The position numbers and the translations under genes were made by a program. Positions 21,389 to 30,857 of a stretch of 64,000 nucleotides of DNA are shown here, one piece after another (positions within the stretch are counted from its first letter, which is position 1; the number at the start of each line of letters is the position of its first letter). Where the stretch lies: positions 1,674,001 to 1,738,000 of the forward strand of contig VRMN01000001.1 of the NCBI GenBank assembly GCA_008690995.1. Reading direction: 5' to 3'. The notes below the pieces were generated by a model that did no database searches, was not told where the DNA came from, and was given only the letters and a program-made list of their open reading frames with translations. The stretch comes from Porphyridium purpureum (lineage: Eukaryota).

Positions 21389-23665
21389 ATGGCCTTTCAG
21401 ATCGCGTGCGGGTCGAGGCGGCATCGGCATAGAAGCCGCCCAAGCTCGCCGGAATCTCTGTGCTCAATTGGAGATGTGGGGCGCGGGCGTACGAGTAGTG
21501 CGGGAAGGTACGGAACGGCGCGACGTGGTTCAAACCGATGGAGCGCGTGCCGGCTGTTCATGACGCTGGGCACTGCGCAGGGGTATGAGGAGGCGCAGAA
21601 GGAAAGCGCGCGCTCCGCGGTGCGCAGGCGTGGTATGAATGTCGAGGTCGTGCAGGATGTGTACATGATGGCAATGGTGGCTCAGCTTAAAGTGCGCGTT
21701 TTCCATCCAGAGTTGCTGGATGCCGACGGCGCGATGACACTCGAAGCGCTGGAGCATCAAAAGTTCCTGACAAACTTGATGCGTCGATCGCAGTCTGCTA
21801 CAACTGTGCTCGCCATTTTGAGTGATGACGGAACACGCGCAATTGGCACGGCGCAATTCAAGCTACTGCGTGGTATGCCCCCGGATGGAGGCTCACATGC
21901 TTCCCCGTCTTTACGTGAATCGAACAATACTGCATTTTTGTTCGGTGAGTCATATCGAAACAGCGGCGGTGGTTGCGCAATGTATGTGAGCTCAGTTGCC
22001 GTGTGTGACTCGGCAAGAAGAAAGGGAGTGGCGTCACACATTATGCACGCTATCACAGAACAGGCGCTCGAACTCAGACGGACGCATCCGACGCTTCGCT
22101 GCGTGTGCCTTCACGTCGAGCGGCACAACAGCGCAGCACGTGCCCTGTACATGCGGCTTGGCTTTCGTCCCCTGCTTGGCAGTAGTCCATCTGGCACGGA
22201 CGAATATTCTGCTAGTATTCGCGAGACGATTCAAAGCATACTGACCGAGCTGCTCCAGTCCGCGCCGGACCTTGCGAGGCAGGAGCTCTTGTACTTTGAC
22301 CCTTTTTTCGGGCCATTTGTACGCTTGGTGGTTGTGTTTCGTAGCCCAACGCGCAGCACTTTTGGGTTTGACAACCCGCGCTCATCGCTATTTTCGATTG
22401 CGTGTCAGGAGTTTAACCAGCGCTTACTGGACGAGGCCGGAAATGACGTTGCCCGTCGTTTTGTAAGGGCATTTATCCCGCCGAGAGAGCGGCTTCAAGA
22501 TCGCCAGCTGGTCCGGTTTGAGGTTCCTTATCACCTGTTGGAGATCGTTCGCCGAGCGGCGTCCAGTTGCGTTTTGGTGCATGGCGTATACCAGGTCTTG
22601 AGCTGGTCGTCCGAGTCACATGAAGAGAGTGCTTCAAAAGTACAGCTCGCAGGGCTTGCCAGCGCCATAAGTCCCGGTGATTCATTCCGCGTGCGGAGTA
22701 TTGTTGGGCGGCCGGATCGCGAAGGTACTGAGACAGATTCAGAAAGCTCCAGGATACACGACGCGTATGCCTCGCACATTTCAGCTATCCAGAGGGAATT
22801 TGGCGCCCGTGAACTGCGTGCAGGTGATGTGCGAGCTTCGCATACGATGGTTGTTCTCCACTTTGGACATGACAGGTTCTTTGCGTTTGGACGGCTCCTT
22901 TGTCGTGGTCCTGCGGCAGGCCACCAGGACGTTCTTGGTCTCGGCCACCGCAGCCGCAGAGCTCGAAGCGGTATTCTCGCCAAGCTCGCACTTAAAGACC
23001 GTCCGTTTTGCGCGCCGACAACCATGGAACCTGAGCTTGCGTTGCTTATGGCCTCGCTGGCGTTGGCGTCTCCAGGCAAGACTGTTCTCGACCCGTTTTG
23101 CGGCTCATGCTCGCTTCTGCTGGCGGCGTCGGTGCAAGGTGCGGAGTATGTGGTGGGGGTCGACGTGGAGTGCGGAACCAGTAATGTGCAAGGCGTGGTC
23201 GCCAACTTTGAACAGCTAGGGCTGCGCGCTCCGCTTTTGTACGAGGCAAATGTCTTGGATGGGCGAGATCGCTCTCCATGTTTTGCAGCATGGGCTGAAC
23301 CCAATACTCGATACAACTGCATTATATCAGATCCTCCATATGGAATGAGAGCAGGGGTCCAAGTGCATGATCAAGACGTGAATGATGATGGTCCGGTATC
23401 GAATGACGAATCCCCGCTGTACTATCAAGGGGCTGCTGGGACGGCAACGAGGCGTCTGTGTGAGATTGCGCGTGACTTGCTCAGTGTCGGAGGAAGACTT
23501 GTGTGCTTTGTGCCGGATTGGCGGACCTCTTTATACGAATTTGCGCCAGATGTGGTGCTGCATGACGGACTGCGTCTGATTGCTTGCTACCCGCAGGTCT
23601 TTTCTCCCACTTTTCGTCGCTGGCTGGTGGTCATAGAAAAAATGAGCGAATCTAAAAGTAATTGA
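21389..23665 (+). CDS. GNAT acetyltransferase fused to a Trm11-like SAM-dependent methyltransferase
   Basis: GNAT motifs YVSSVAV ... ARRKGVAS and LHVERHNSAARALYMRLGF. MTase motifs PTTMEPELALLMA, VLDPFCGSCSLL, IISDPPYG and GGRLVCFVP. Start uncertain. Confidence 0.8.
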   Translation: MAFQIACGSRRHRHRSRPSSPESLCSIGDVGRGRTSSAGRYGTARRGSNRWSACRLFMTLGTAQGYEEAQKESARSAVRRRGMNVEVVQDVYMMAMVAQLKVRVFHPELLDADGAMTLEALEHQKFLTNLMRRSQSATTVLAILSDDGTRAIGTAQFKLLRGMPPDGGSHASPSLRESNNTAFLFGESYRNSGGGCAMYVSSVAVCDSARRKGVASHIMHAITEQALELRRTHPTLRCVCLHVERHNSAARALYMRLGFRPLLGSSPSGTDEYSASIRETIQSILTELLQSAPDLARQELLYFDPFFGPFVRLVVVFRSPTRSTFGFDNPRSSLFSIACQEFNQRLLDEAGNDVARRFVRAFIPPRERLQDRQLVRFEVPYHLLEIVRRAASSCVLVHGVYQVLSWSSESHEESASKVQLAGLASAISPGDSFRVRSIVGRPDREGTETDSESSRIHDAYASHISAIQREFGARELRAGDVRASHTMVVLHFGHDRFFAFGRLLCRGPAAGHQDVLGLGHRSRRARSGILAKLALKDRPFCAPTTMEPELALLMASLALASPGKTVLDPFCGSCSLLLAASVQGAEYVVGVDVECGTSNVQGVVANFEQLGLRAPLLYEANVLDGRDRSPCFAAWAEPNTRYNCIISDPPYGMRAGVQVHDQDVNDDGPVSNDESPLYYQGAAGTATRRLCEIARDLLSVGGRLVCFVPDWRTSLYEFAPDVVLHDGLRLIACYPQVFSPTFRRWLVVIEKMSESKSN

Positions 23666-23719
23666 TCATCTACTAGAATTCTTCGGGGAGTCAACGCAAC
23701 TCTGGTGGGCTGCTTTCGA

Positions 23720-25513
23720 TCAGAGATCCTGTCGAAATGTGATGGGAAGCAGCTCGGCGAGCTGCTTGTTGATGTCCGGGTCATAAACGCTGTGCTGAGC
23801 ACATGCTGGCACAAGTTCACCGGTGTCTGGGTGTGCCATGGCGTAGCTGCAAGCCTGCAGCCGTTCCTGCGTCTCGCGGATGCGCGGGTCGCTCGACATT
23901 TCATTCTTCTGGAGGAGCTCCCACGCGGGCTTGACCACCTCGGCGTCCATGAAGCGGTGCATCACAAATGTGACCGGGTGAAAGCTCAAGGAAAGCATGC
24001 GCTGCACACCTGCTCGTCGTACAAAACGAACGCACCACTTTGCAAACATGACTAGCGTCCACGGGTGCCTGAACATGCAGCGTGCAAGTTTCAACACAAA
24101 CAAAGGCAGAGGCAAAATTGCGCTTCCAAACACGCGCAAAAAGGTATCGCGAATCTCAAGGTCTTGCTTGCAGTCAGCTAGCAGGAACGGAACGTACTTG
24201 CTCTCTGCGTCACGGCCTACGAATGCGCCCCAGCACGTCCGGTTGCACCGAACATCGCCGATCTGAAACACTTCGTACGGAAGGCGGCACCCGGCTCCCT
24301 TTTCGATCTCTTGCCACACGCACTCTCCGTGATCATCCACATTCTCCTTTTCGCGGCTGCGCTCCAGGGTGTCCGCATCGTCGTGCGCATGTGGGCGCCA
24401 TCGCTTCACGTCGCCTACTAGCGCCGCCGGTTGGAAGCTGAACATACGGAATCCAAGCGTCTTGCCATGGCGAATGACGTCGGCGATCTCGTGTAGGTTT
24501 CCTGCTTGAATGGTCATATTATGCGCTACGTAGTAGCGCACACCGTGCTGGCGAAACAGCTTTTTGACGTTGCTCATAAAGTTTGCACGGTACGGCATGA
24601 GTTCGAGCTCACTGTTTGGGCGCGGAATGCCGCGCCGACCTACCATGAAGCGGTCAAAATGTACAGCCCAATCGAGGCGTTTGAAGCGACGTCTGCCCGT
24701 CGCCGGGTCAAGCGCGAGCCGTTCGAGGTACTCATAATCGAAATCGCCGTGAGAGAACGACATGGGCAAGCGCCCGAACGCATGCATGACGCTAAGCGTC
24801 TGAGCGTGCTCCTCTGGACTGAGCAGAGACACCTCGCCACCAATGAGCTGGCAGTGGGCGTGTGAGCCCCGAGCGTCCTGCAGCGTTTGCATCTGCCGCG
24901 CAACCTCAATAGCCGTATGCGCGCCGTCGGTGCGGACGCGGTTTGCGTCCTCCGAGTGGTAGCATGGCTTACAGCCAAACGTGCATCGCGGGAATACACC
25001 CTGCGTCCCTTCGCAGCCAGGCGTAATTCGGCCCAAAATTTGATTGTCAGTCTTGGCGTGCTCCGGTAGCTCATCAAAGCGTTTGCGCATCAGCTCGGCG
25101 TCCCGGCCGGAGCGTCTCCCCTTGTCATCCTCGACTGGCCTCGTCTCCTGCTCCAATTCGATCACACGCTGCATGAAATGAGTCAGACCTGCTCGCCACG
25201 GCGCATGCTTGCTCGACGCCGGCACCACCTCACGGACGAGAGAGGCTCCATTCCCGATCAGAGGAGAAGACTGCTTCTTCCCGTTCGACAAAGGAACCAC
25301 ATCCTCCCGCGAAGGAAGAACTGCGCTTACACAACAACGTCGCAGCAGCCGTCGCGATCGCTGCGCCGCAGGGGCAGCACCCCAGACAGGCTCTGTACGA
25401 TGCAGCGACGCGGCGCTGCACCTATGACGCGTTGACCGTCCCTGGCCTCGCGCCACGAACGACGTCTCGTGCGCAACATCCAGACCGCTCGCCGAGCCGC
25501 ACGACACAAACAT
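23720..25513 (-). CDS. Radical SAM protein of bacterial type with an N-terminal transit-like extension
   Basis: CxxxCxxC in RCTFGCKPCY, GGE motif in QLIGGEVSL, FSFQPAA and C-terminal ACSYAMAHP ... VPACAQH. MFVSCG start with a Ser/Arg-rich leader. Confidence 0.88.
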   Translation of the reverse strand: MFVSCGSASGLDVAHETSFVARGQGRSTRHRCSAASLHRTEPVWGAAPAAQRSRRLLRRCCVSAVLPSREDVVPLSNGKKQSSPLIGNGASLVREVVPASSKHAPWRAGLTHFMQRVIELEQETRPVEDDKGRRSGRDAELMRKRFDELPEHAKTDNQILGRITPGCEGTQGVFPRCTFGCKPCYHSEDANRVRTDGAHTAIEVARQMQTLQDARGSHAHCQLIGGEVSLLSPEEHAQTLSVMHAFGRLPMSFSHGDFDYEYLERLALDPATGRRRFKRLDWAVHFDRFMVGRRGIPRPNSELELMPYRANFMSNVKKLFRQHGVRYYVAHNMTIQAGNLHEIADVIRHGKTLGFRMFSFQPAALVGDVKRWRPHAHDDADTLERSREKENVDDHGECVWQEIEKGAGCRLPYEVFQIGDVRCNRTCWGAFVGRDAESKYVPFLLADCKQDLEIRDTFLRVFGSAILPLPLFVLKLARCMFRHPWTLVMFAKWCVRFVRRAGVQRMLSLSFHPVTFVMHRFMDAEVVKPAWELLQKNEMSSDPRIRETQERLQACSYAMAHPDTGELVPACAQHSVYDPDINKQLAELLPITFRQDL

Positions 25514-26438
25514 CACAATACCGCCGCTGTCTCTATCTGCGCAGCCCTCCTCGCCGCGCCACCGTCCTCCACAATTCCGACCAGACGCTCGCCACCACCA
25601 CCGCGTCACACCGATCCTGCCTCCCCCGCGTAAACTCCAACCCACGCGCACACTGGCAGTTCTCCAATTCCGTTAATGCCCGCCACGCGGGTGTACAGTT
25701 GGGTACACGCTGTGACGGGTTGGACTGTACCTCCAGATGGGTGGGAGGGTGTTCAGTGCGTGAGTACAGCACACTCATCGCCTTGCCTGCGAAGCGTTTT
25801 CTGGGCAGGCATGTTGGCGGCGAGTGGCGCGCCTTGATTCATTGTCTCCCTTGGCGGTGATGAGCGCAATCTGTCGCCGTCGGCAACAGCAAATGACCAT
25901 CAGCCAAGCGTCTCGTCGGCTTGCACATCGCAGACGCTTCTCTTCTTCTTCTGCGCGTTAAGCGCGGACGCGAGCACGGAGGATAGTTGGGGTCGGTCGT
26001 GGTGTTGTGCAGTGGTCCATCCTTGTCTCCTTAGCAAATCGACGCCAGTTCAGCATGTTCTGCGCTACAAGTCACACGCCTCTTCCTCTAGGCAATTTGG
26101 CTCGTTGCATGTTATGAACTGTACCTTCTTCAAACTCGTCCTCATTTCAAATTTTTGAAAATGTGGGCGAAACAGGGGGGCTTCTTGATGGGACGCGGGA
26201 CACTTGAGACGAAGCGACGAAGCGACGACCTTGGTCAGACGCTCAGAAGAGAAGAACACGCAAAGGCGAAGAAGGCGTGAGACTTCTTCTGTGTGTGCAT
26301 CTGTAGTTTTACGTGCAGGCCGAGTTCATGTGAGAGCGGAATTCGGTGTTGTACGAAAGAGTGCTGATTGAGACTGCCGGCGTCGGCGTGCATTGAATCC
26401 GCGACGAGGAAAAGAGAGCGAGACAGACCGCGCCCGTC

Positions 26439-28160
26439 ATGTCGACATTAGATAGTCTTGTGGAAAATGATGAAGGGCTTGCGGCCTTTCTCAAGCACGG
26501 AATTGTGGAGCTTGCCATCCTCGACAAGGAGAATAATCCAAATATTCCGGAAAATAGTTCGGACTTTGAGAAAGTTGTGCGCGTGATCAATGCGGAGCTC
26601 GAGGCGATGCACATTCCGGAGATGCTGAAATGCCCGGGCAGCAATGTTCCGCAAGAAGCGGCGTTTATTCACGCGGTTGATACGGTCTCCGCAGTGGTAA
26701 AGCAGCACAAGGTGCTCCGACACGCCAACGCAGATCTTGCGACCAGGGTCAAAAGCTCGCAAGCCGAAAATCAGCGGCTGGCCTTGCTGGTGCGCAAGCT
26801 TGAGAGCGCCGTGGATGAGCACAAAAAGCTAGCACTGGACACAAACTCAAAGCTAATGGCTGTCGAGCGAGCGGCAGATCGTGAGACCTTGAGTGCGCAG
26901 CGCGAAATCGCGGAACTTCGTGCCAAGCTGCAAAAAGTGCAGCTGCGCGAAAAGCAGCACATGAACGAGATCCGCAAGCGAGACCGCGAACTTGAACGAA
27001 CAAAAGGCCGCCTGCAAGCGCTCATTCACGACAAAAAGAGTGCCACAGCTCCGTCGGTGCGCATGCACGGCGTGTACGACCCGAACCGATTTGCGTTGGT
27101 CCAGACGCCGTCTCAAGTACCCGAGCAGCACAGAATGGCCACGGAGAACTTTTGCCAGCTCGTGCGGGACTCGTACGAGAAACGACATGTGGAAGTGTTA
27201 TCCGAAAACGAGGAACTCCGCCAGACAGTTCGCGCCGTGCAAGCCGAAATGCGCGATCTTCTCGCTTCCAATCAAAAAGAGACGCCGGGACGCAGCGCCG
27301 GCGGTGATGATGATGACAGAAAAATGGAAGAACTGGCGGCCTCGTTTTGCTTGACTCCAAACACACCACGTATGGAGCTGCTGCCGATCCAATTTGTCCG
27401 ACAAGATGTGAAAGAATCGTTAGCGCGAAAGATGGAACAGATTCGAGCGCGCAAGCAGGAGCTGGATGAGGCCAGCAACAGTCCAGAGGTGCAAAGTCAT
27501 GGTGATGCGGCTGATGTCGTCATTGACGGGTACCGCAACCTTGCCAAAGAACAAGACGAATTGTTGCAGCTCACTGCCAGCAAGCTGCACGTGAGCAGCT
27601 CGATGCGATACTCGACCGTCACGCGCCCGCAATTTTCTCCGCATCCTAAAACACCAGTATGCCGTGTCTCTGCAGCGCCGCGATCCGCGGTCGTTACTGG
27701 AATGTCTGAAAGCGAGCACCTCCCAGAAGGCGAGCCCAATACCAGCTCTATTCCAGTGAGAGCGCAGGCTACGCGCTCCCAGCAGCCAGTCATCATGGAA
27801 GACACCAGCTCAGCCGATGCGGCAGATGAAAACGGCGTGACCAGATATATGCATAACAGCTTTGCGTCTCGAGTTGAAGATACCGCGGTGACACGAACGC
27901 AAAAGGTGCAACCCGGGCTCACACGCTTACCCAGCCAAACCGGTCCGGAACCGCATGACGCGTCACAAGGCCAGCAGCAGCGCCGCCTGTCGTACGGCAG
28001 TAGCGCGGCGAGCATATACACACAGCAAAGGCACACAGCCGCTGAACTCGAGACACCCGCCAGTTTGCGAGGCTATGAGACTGGCGACACAAGAAGTGCA
28101 GACACAGATTTTCTTGCCGAATCGCCGTACCCCGTATCGGCTAAATGGCTAAATGGCTAA
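26439..28160 (+). CDS. SSX2IP/Msd1 (ADIP family) coiled-coil protein
   Basis: Long coiled coil with QHMNEIRKRDRELERTKGRL and YEKRHVEVLSENEELR ... QAEMRDLL, resembling the ADIP family. Confidence 0.65.
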   Translation: MSTLDSLVENDEGLAAFLKHGIVELAILDKENNPNIPENSSDFEKVVRVINAELEAMHIPEMLKCPGSNVPQEAAFIHAVDTVSAVVKQHKVLRHANADLATRVKSSQAENQRLALLVRKLESAVDEHKKLALDTNSKLMAVERAADRETLSAQREIAELRAKLQKVQLREKQHMNEIRKRDRELERTKGRLQALIHDKKSATAPSVRMHGVYDPNRFALVQTPSQVPEQHRMATENFCQLVRDSYEKRHVEVLSENEELRQTVRAVQAEMRDLLASNQKETPGRSAGGDDDDRKMEELAASFCLTPNTPRMELLPIQFVRQDVKESLARKMEQIRARKQELDEASNSPEVQSHGDAADVVIDGYRNLAKEQDELLQLTASKLHVSSSMRYSTVTRPQFSPHPKTPVCRVSAAPRSAVVTGMSESEHLPEGEPNTSSIPVRAQATRSQQPVIMEDTSSADAADENGVTRYMHNSFASRVEDTAVTRTQKVQPGLTRLPSQTGPEPHDASQGQQQRRLSYGSSAASIYTQQRHTAAELETPASLRGYETGDTRSADTDFLAESPYPVSAKWLNG

Positions 28161-28175
28161 GTGGCTAAGTGGCTA
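28139..28175 (+). repeat. Tandem 8-bp repeat GGCTAART (about 4.6 copies)
   Basis: GGCTAAAT GGCTAAAT GGCTAAGT GGCTAAGT GGCTA. It contains the upstream gene's stop codon (28158-28160). Confidence 0.9.
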
Positions 28176-28255
28176 TCTCAACATTAAACCGATTTGTTTC
28201 CGCTTCTGCTGGGTGCTTGGTCTACTCAGCGTCACACCAAGGACGCGTAGAGTCG

Positions 28256-28663
28256 ATGGCGGGCGTTCGAGATCTTCCGACGGCCGGGGTCACCGTGCTG
28301 CTGTCGTTCCTGCTCGCAGTACTCCTTGCTGCGGTGCTGCAGCTAGAGTCCGCCGCGGTCCGCGCGTCGCCGTTCCTGACCGTGGTGGCGGGCGCAGCAT
28401 GTTCGTTGGTGTTTTTGCTGGTGCTTGTCCTGTGCGGCTCGTTGCATGCAATCATGTCATCAGATGCCGTGTCTTCGGGCTATTTTGAAATTTCTGTTGC
28501 GGCCCTCGCTATGCTTGTCTTGGCCGCCACCATTCATCCAGTGTGCATAACTGTCGGCACGGTCGGCTCGGCGTTCTTGCTGTGGGAAATGAATCGAGTT
28601 GCGCACGTCCTTTACTTTGAGAGCGAAAGTGTCGCTTCAGCGGGGAATCAGAAGCGAAAGTGA
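28256..28663 (+). CDS. KRTCAP2: KRTCAP2/KCP2 oligosaccharyltransferase subunit
   Basis: About 135 aa, four TM segments, IHPVCIT motif, basic ER-retention-like tail QKRK. Confidence 0.8.
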   Translation: MAGVRDLPTAGVTVLLSFLLAVLLAAVLQLESAAVRASPFLTVVAGAACSLVFLLVLVLCGSLHAIMSSDAVSSGYFEISVAALAMLVLAATIHPVCITVGTVGSAFLLWEMNRVAHVLYFESESVASAGNQKRK

Positions 28664-28716
28664 TCGTCCAAACCATAGTTGGTGGTTCGAAGCGTGAATT
28701 GTAAACTTCATAAACG

Positions 28717-30711
28717 CTATGAATTCCGCCGATCAATAGTCGGACTCATCAGCGTTCGTCGCATGCTCAAGAAATTGGGCCGTTGACCACCACTACCGCT
28801 ACCGGTGCCCTCCTGATATTGTAATGTAGAACCACGTGCTTTGCTGAACTGGAATTGTTTCAACGCGAGCCCTCCTAGAGCCAAGAAAACCAGGATGAGA
28901 ACGAATTTGTAGCTCCCGGTGCGAGCCGACGAAACCGCAGGCGTGCGGAAAACCTCCTTCGGCTGCTTTCGCTGTTTTGTATGTTCATGAGTTGTCGAGT
29001 ACCCTACATGACTGGCCGCGCCAGTGTCACTCAAGCCACTTGAGCTGTTTGCGCTCCCCGGCGATTGGGTACCGTCGTCAACTGCTACGTCTCGAAGATC
29101 TTTTGACGAATGCAAGTCAGGAGCTAAGCCGTCGCGCTGTTGCTCTGCTCGGGTGTCCTCTCGATCTGCAGTCAGCGCATCGACAGGCTCCTCTTTCGAA
29201 ATACCGCCACGCGCTTGGGCATCCGCAAGGTCTCCCGAAACTGGAAGCCCGTCTCCTGGGTTGCTCTCGTCAGAATGGGGACCGGCGTCAGAGTGTCCAT
29301 CCGGACTTGCCTGATAATTCGCTCGTAAAGGCTCAGCCTTTTCAGCTTTTGCTCTGCTTTCACTATTACCCTCGAGATCACCCGGCCCATTCGGTTCTTC
29401 TGCGCGAGTTTCGCGGGGCTCGTCGGTTCCGACTCGAAGCGCTTTTTCTTGCTGATCTCCGCGTCCGTCTTCATCTTGTCCTTCTGCTACATTTCGGATA
29501 TCATTCCGTAGCGCCTCGTCACGCTCAAAAGCCGCCTTGTCGTATCGATTCGCGTGTTCCTCTTCCGGCTGTGCCTGCTCATTTTCGCTCTGCAGACCTT
29601 CTGCCCGATTCGCCTCTTCAATGTGACCTGCTGATTCATGTGGTACTGTCTCTGGCTGCTGTGGAGATTTCGTGTCCATCTCGTCCGCTTGCACAGGAGC
29701 ATTTTGGGCAGTATTTTCACCGAATCCGCCTCGGACGCGCACATCCACAGCGTCACGCTGTTCCTCTGCCACGATACTTTCGTCCCCGAGGGATCGCGAA
29801 GGAGACATTGCGTCTTTGTCGCTCTGCTGTGGTTCCTGTTGTGCTCTGTTATTGTCTTCTTGTGACTGCCCAACAGCATCTCTCGACATCGAAATCTCGA
29901 TTGCCGAAAGATCCTGCTTACTTGGCTCCGCGTGCGCTCCAGATCTCTCCGCCTCGCCATCCTGTTGGCCCGGAATATCGCTCTGTTGTTCTTCTTTCTG
30001 ATACTGCGGCGGCGGCAGCGGGGACTCTGCTTGCCCATCCTCGGCATGCTGTTGGTCGGTCGATTCTTCCAGAGGAAGCCTTGCACTCGCATCTGGCTCT
30101 TTTTGCCTATTTTGCGCCTGTTCATCGACCGATGCCAAGTTATTTGGCTCCTGCTGATCTTTGTGCCGCCGCTTTTTTGTTTCATCCTCTTGTCCGGCGT
30201 CATCGATCCAAACATTATCTAAACCATTCCTGCCATGTGTTTCGTGAATTGCGTCCAACTTGGCCTCGTGCTCGGTTTTCTCCTGAACTCCAACTTGGTC
30301 AATATCATTGCTTGAGCTCTGAGCGCCTCCCATGGCCTCGTCTACCTCTGCCACAAAGCTCGCCGTCCCTTCCGCCAGAACGGCCGAGCCAGAATCCTCA
30401 CTCGCTGTCGCTTTCGGTTCCCGCCGATCCTCAGCGGGTGTGGCTGCCTGTAGCTCAGAATTCACAAGAATTGTCTCGGTTCCCAGAGAATCTGATGGCG
30501 CCCTACCTCCAACCTCTTCAATGGCCGACGGCATCACAGGCGCCGCATGAGCTTTGCGAAACACGCAGCCCTGTGCAAGAAGCATGGCTACCACGAAAAT
30601 CAGAGCGCAACCGCGTCGAGCAGCCCGCTGCCAGTGACCACGCGGCTCGCCCCCGGGACGTCGTGCGATAGTCTCTTTCTTCGCGGGACGCATACTGACC
30701 AGCTCGTTCAT
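28717..30711 (-). CDS. Acidic low-complexity type I membrane protein
   Basis: Signal-like hydrophobic segment (ALIFVVAMLLAQG), long E/D/Q-rich region, C-terminal TM (FVLILVFLALGGLAL) and a short tail. Confidence 0.65.
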   Translation of the reverse strand: MNELVSMRPAKKETIARRPGGEPRGHWQRAARRGCALIFVVAMLLAQGCVFRKAHAAPVMPSAIEEVGGRAPSDSLGTETILVNSELQAATPAEDRREPKATASEDSGSAVLAEGTASFVAEVDEAMGGAQSSSNDIDQVGVQEKTEHEAKLDAIHETHGRNGLDNVWIDDAGQEDETKKRRHKDQQEPNNLASVDEQAQNRQKEPDASARLPLEESTDQQHAEDGQAESPLPPPQYQKEEQQSDIPGQQDGEAERSGAHAEPSKQDLSAIEISMSRDAVGQSQEDNNRAQQEPQQSDKDAMSPSRSLGDESIVAEEQRDAVDVRVRGGFGENTAQNAPVQADEMDTKSPQQPETVPHESAGHIEEANRAEGLQSENEQAQPEEEHANRYDKAAFERDEALRNDIRNVAEGQDEDGRGDQQEKALRVGTDEPRETRAEEPNGPGDLEGNSESRAKAEKAEPLRANYQASPDGHSDAGPHSDESNPGDGLPVSGDLADAQARGGISKEEPVDALTADREDTRAEQQRDGLAPDLHSSKDLRDVAVDDGTQSPGSANSSSGLSDTGAASHVGYSTTHEHTKQRKQPKEVFRTPAVSSARTGSYKFVLILVFLALGGLALKQFQFSKARGSTLQYQEGTGSGSGGQRPNFLSMRRTLMSPTIDRRNS

Positions 30712-30857
30712 CACGACGGAAAGCCGTGCAGCTCGCGCACCGAGAGTGTCGCTGTCTCAAAAACACAGCAAACGTAAAGTCAACAAGTGCGACCGAGCTG
30801 TATGGATTACCAACCAGGACGGGTGGCGGAAGTTTGGCAGAGCGGGCGCAGCTCAGG

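Noticed and set aside
25857..25940. C/D snoRNA starting at GTGATGA
   Set aside because: No D box, terminal stem or recognisable guide follows.
28977..30671. 564-aa plus-strand ORF
   Set aside because: Antisense shadow of the acidic membrane protein, with Arg/Leu/Pro-biased composition and no domain.
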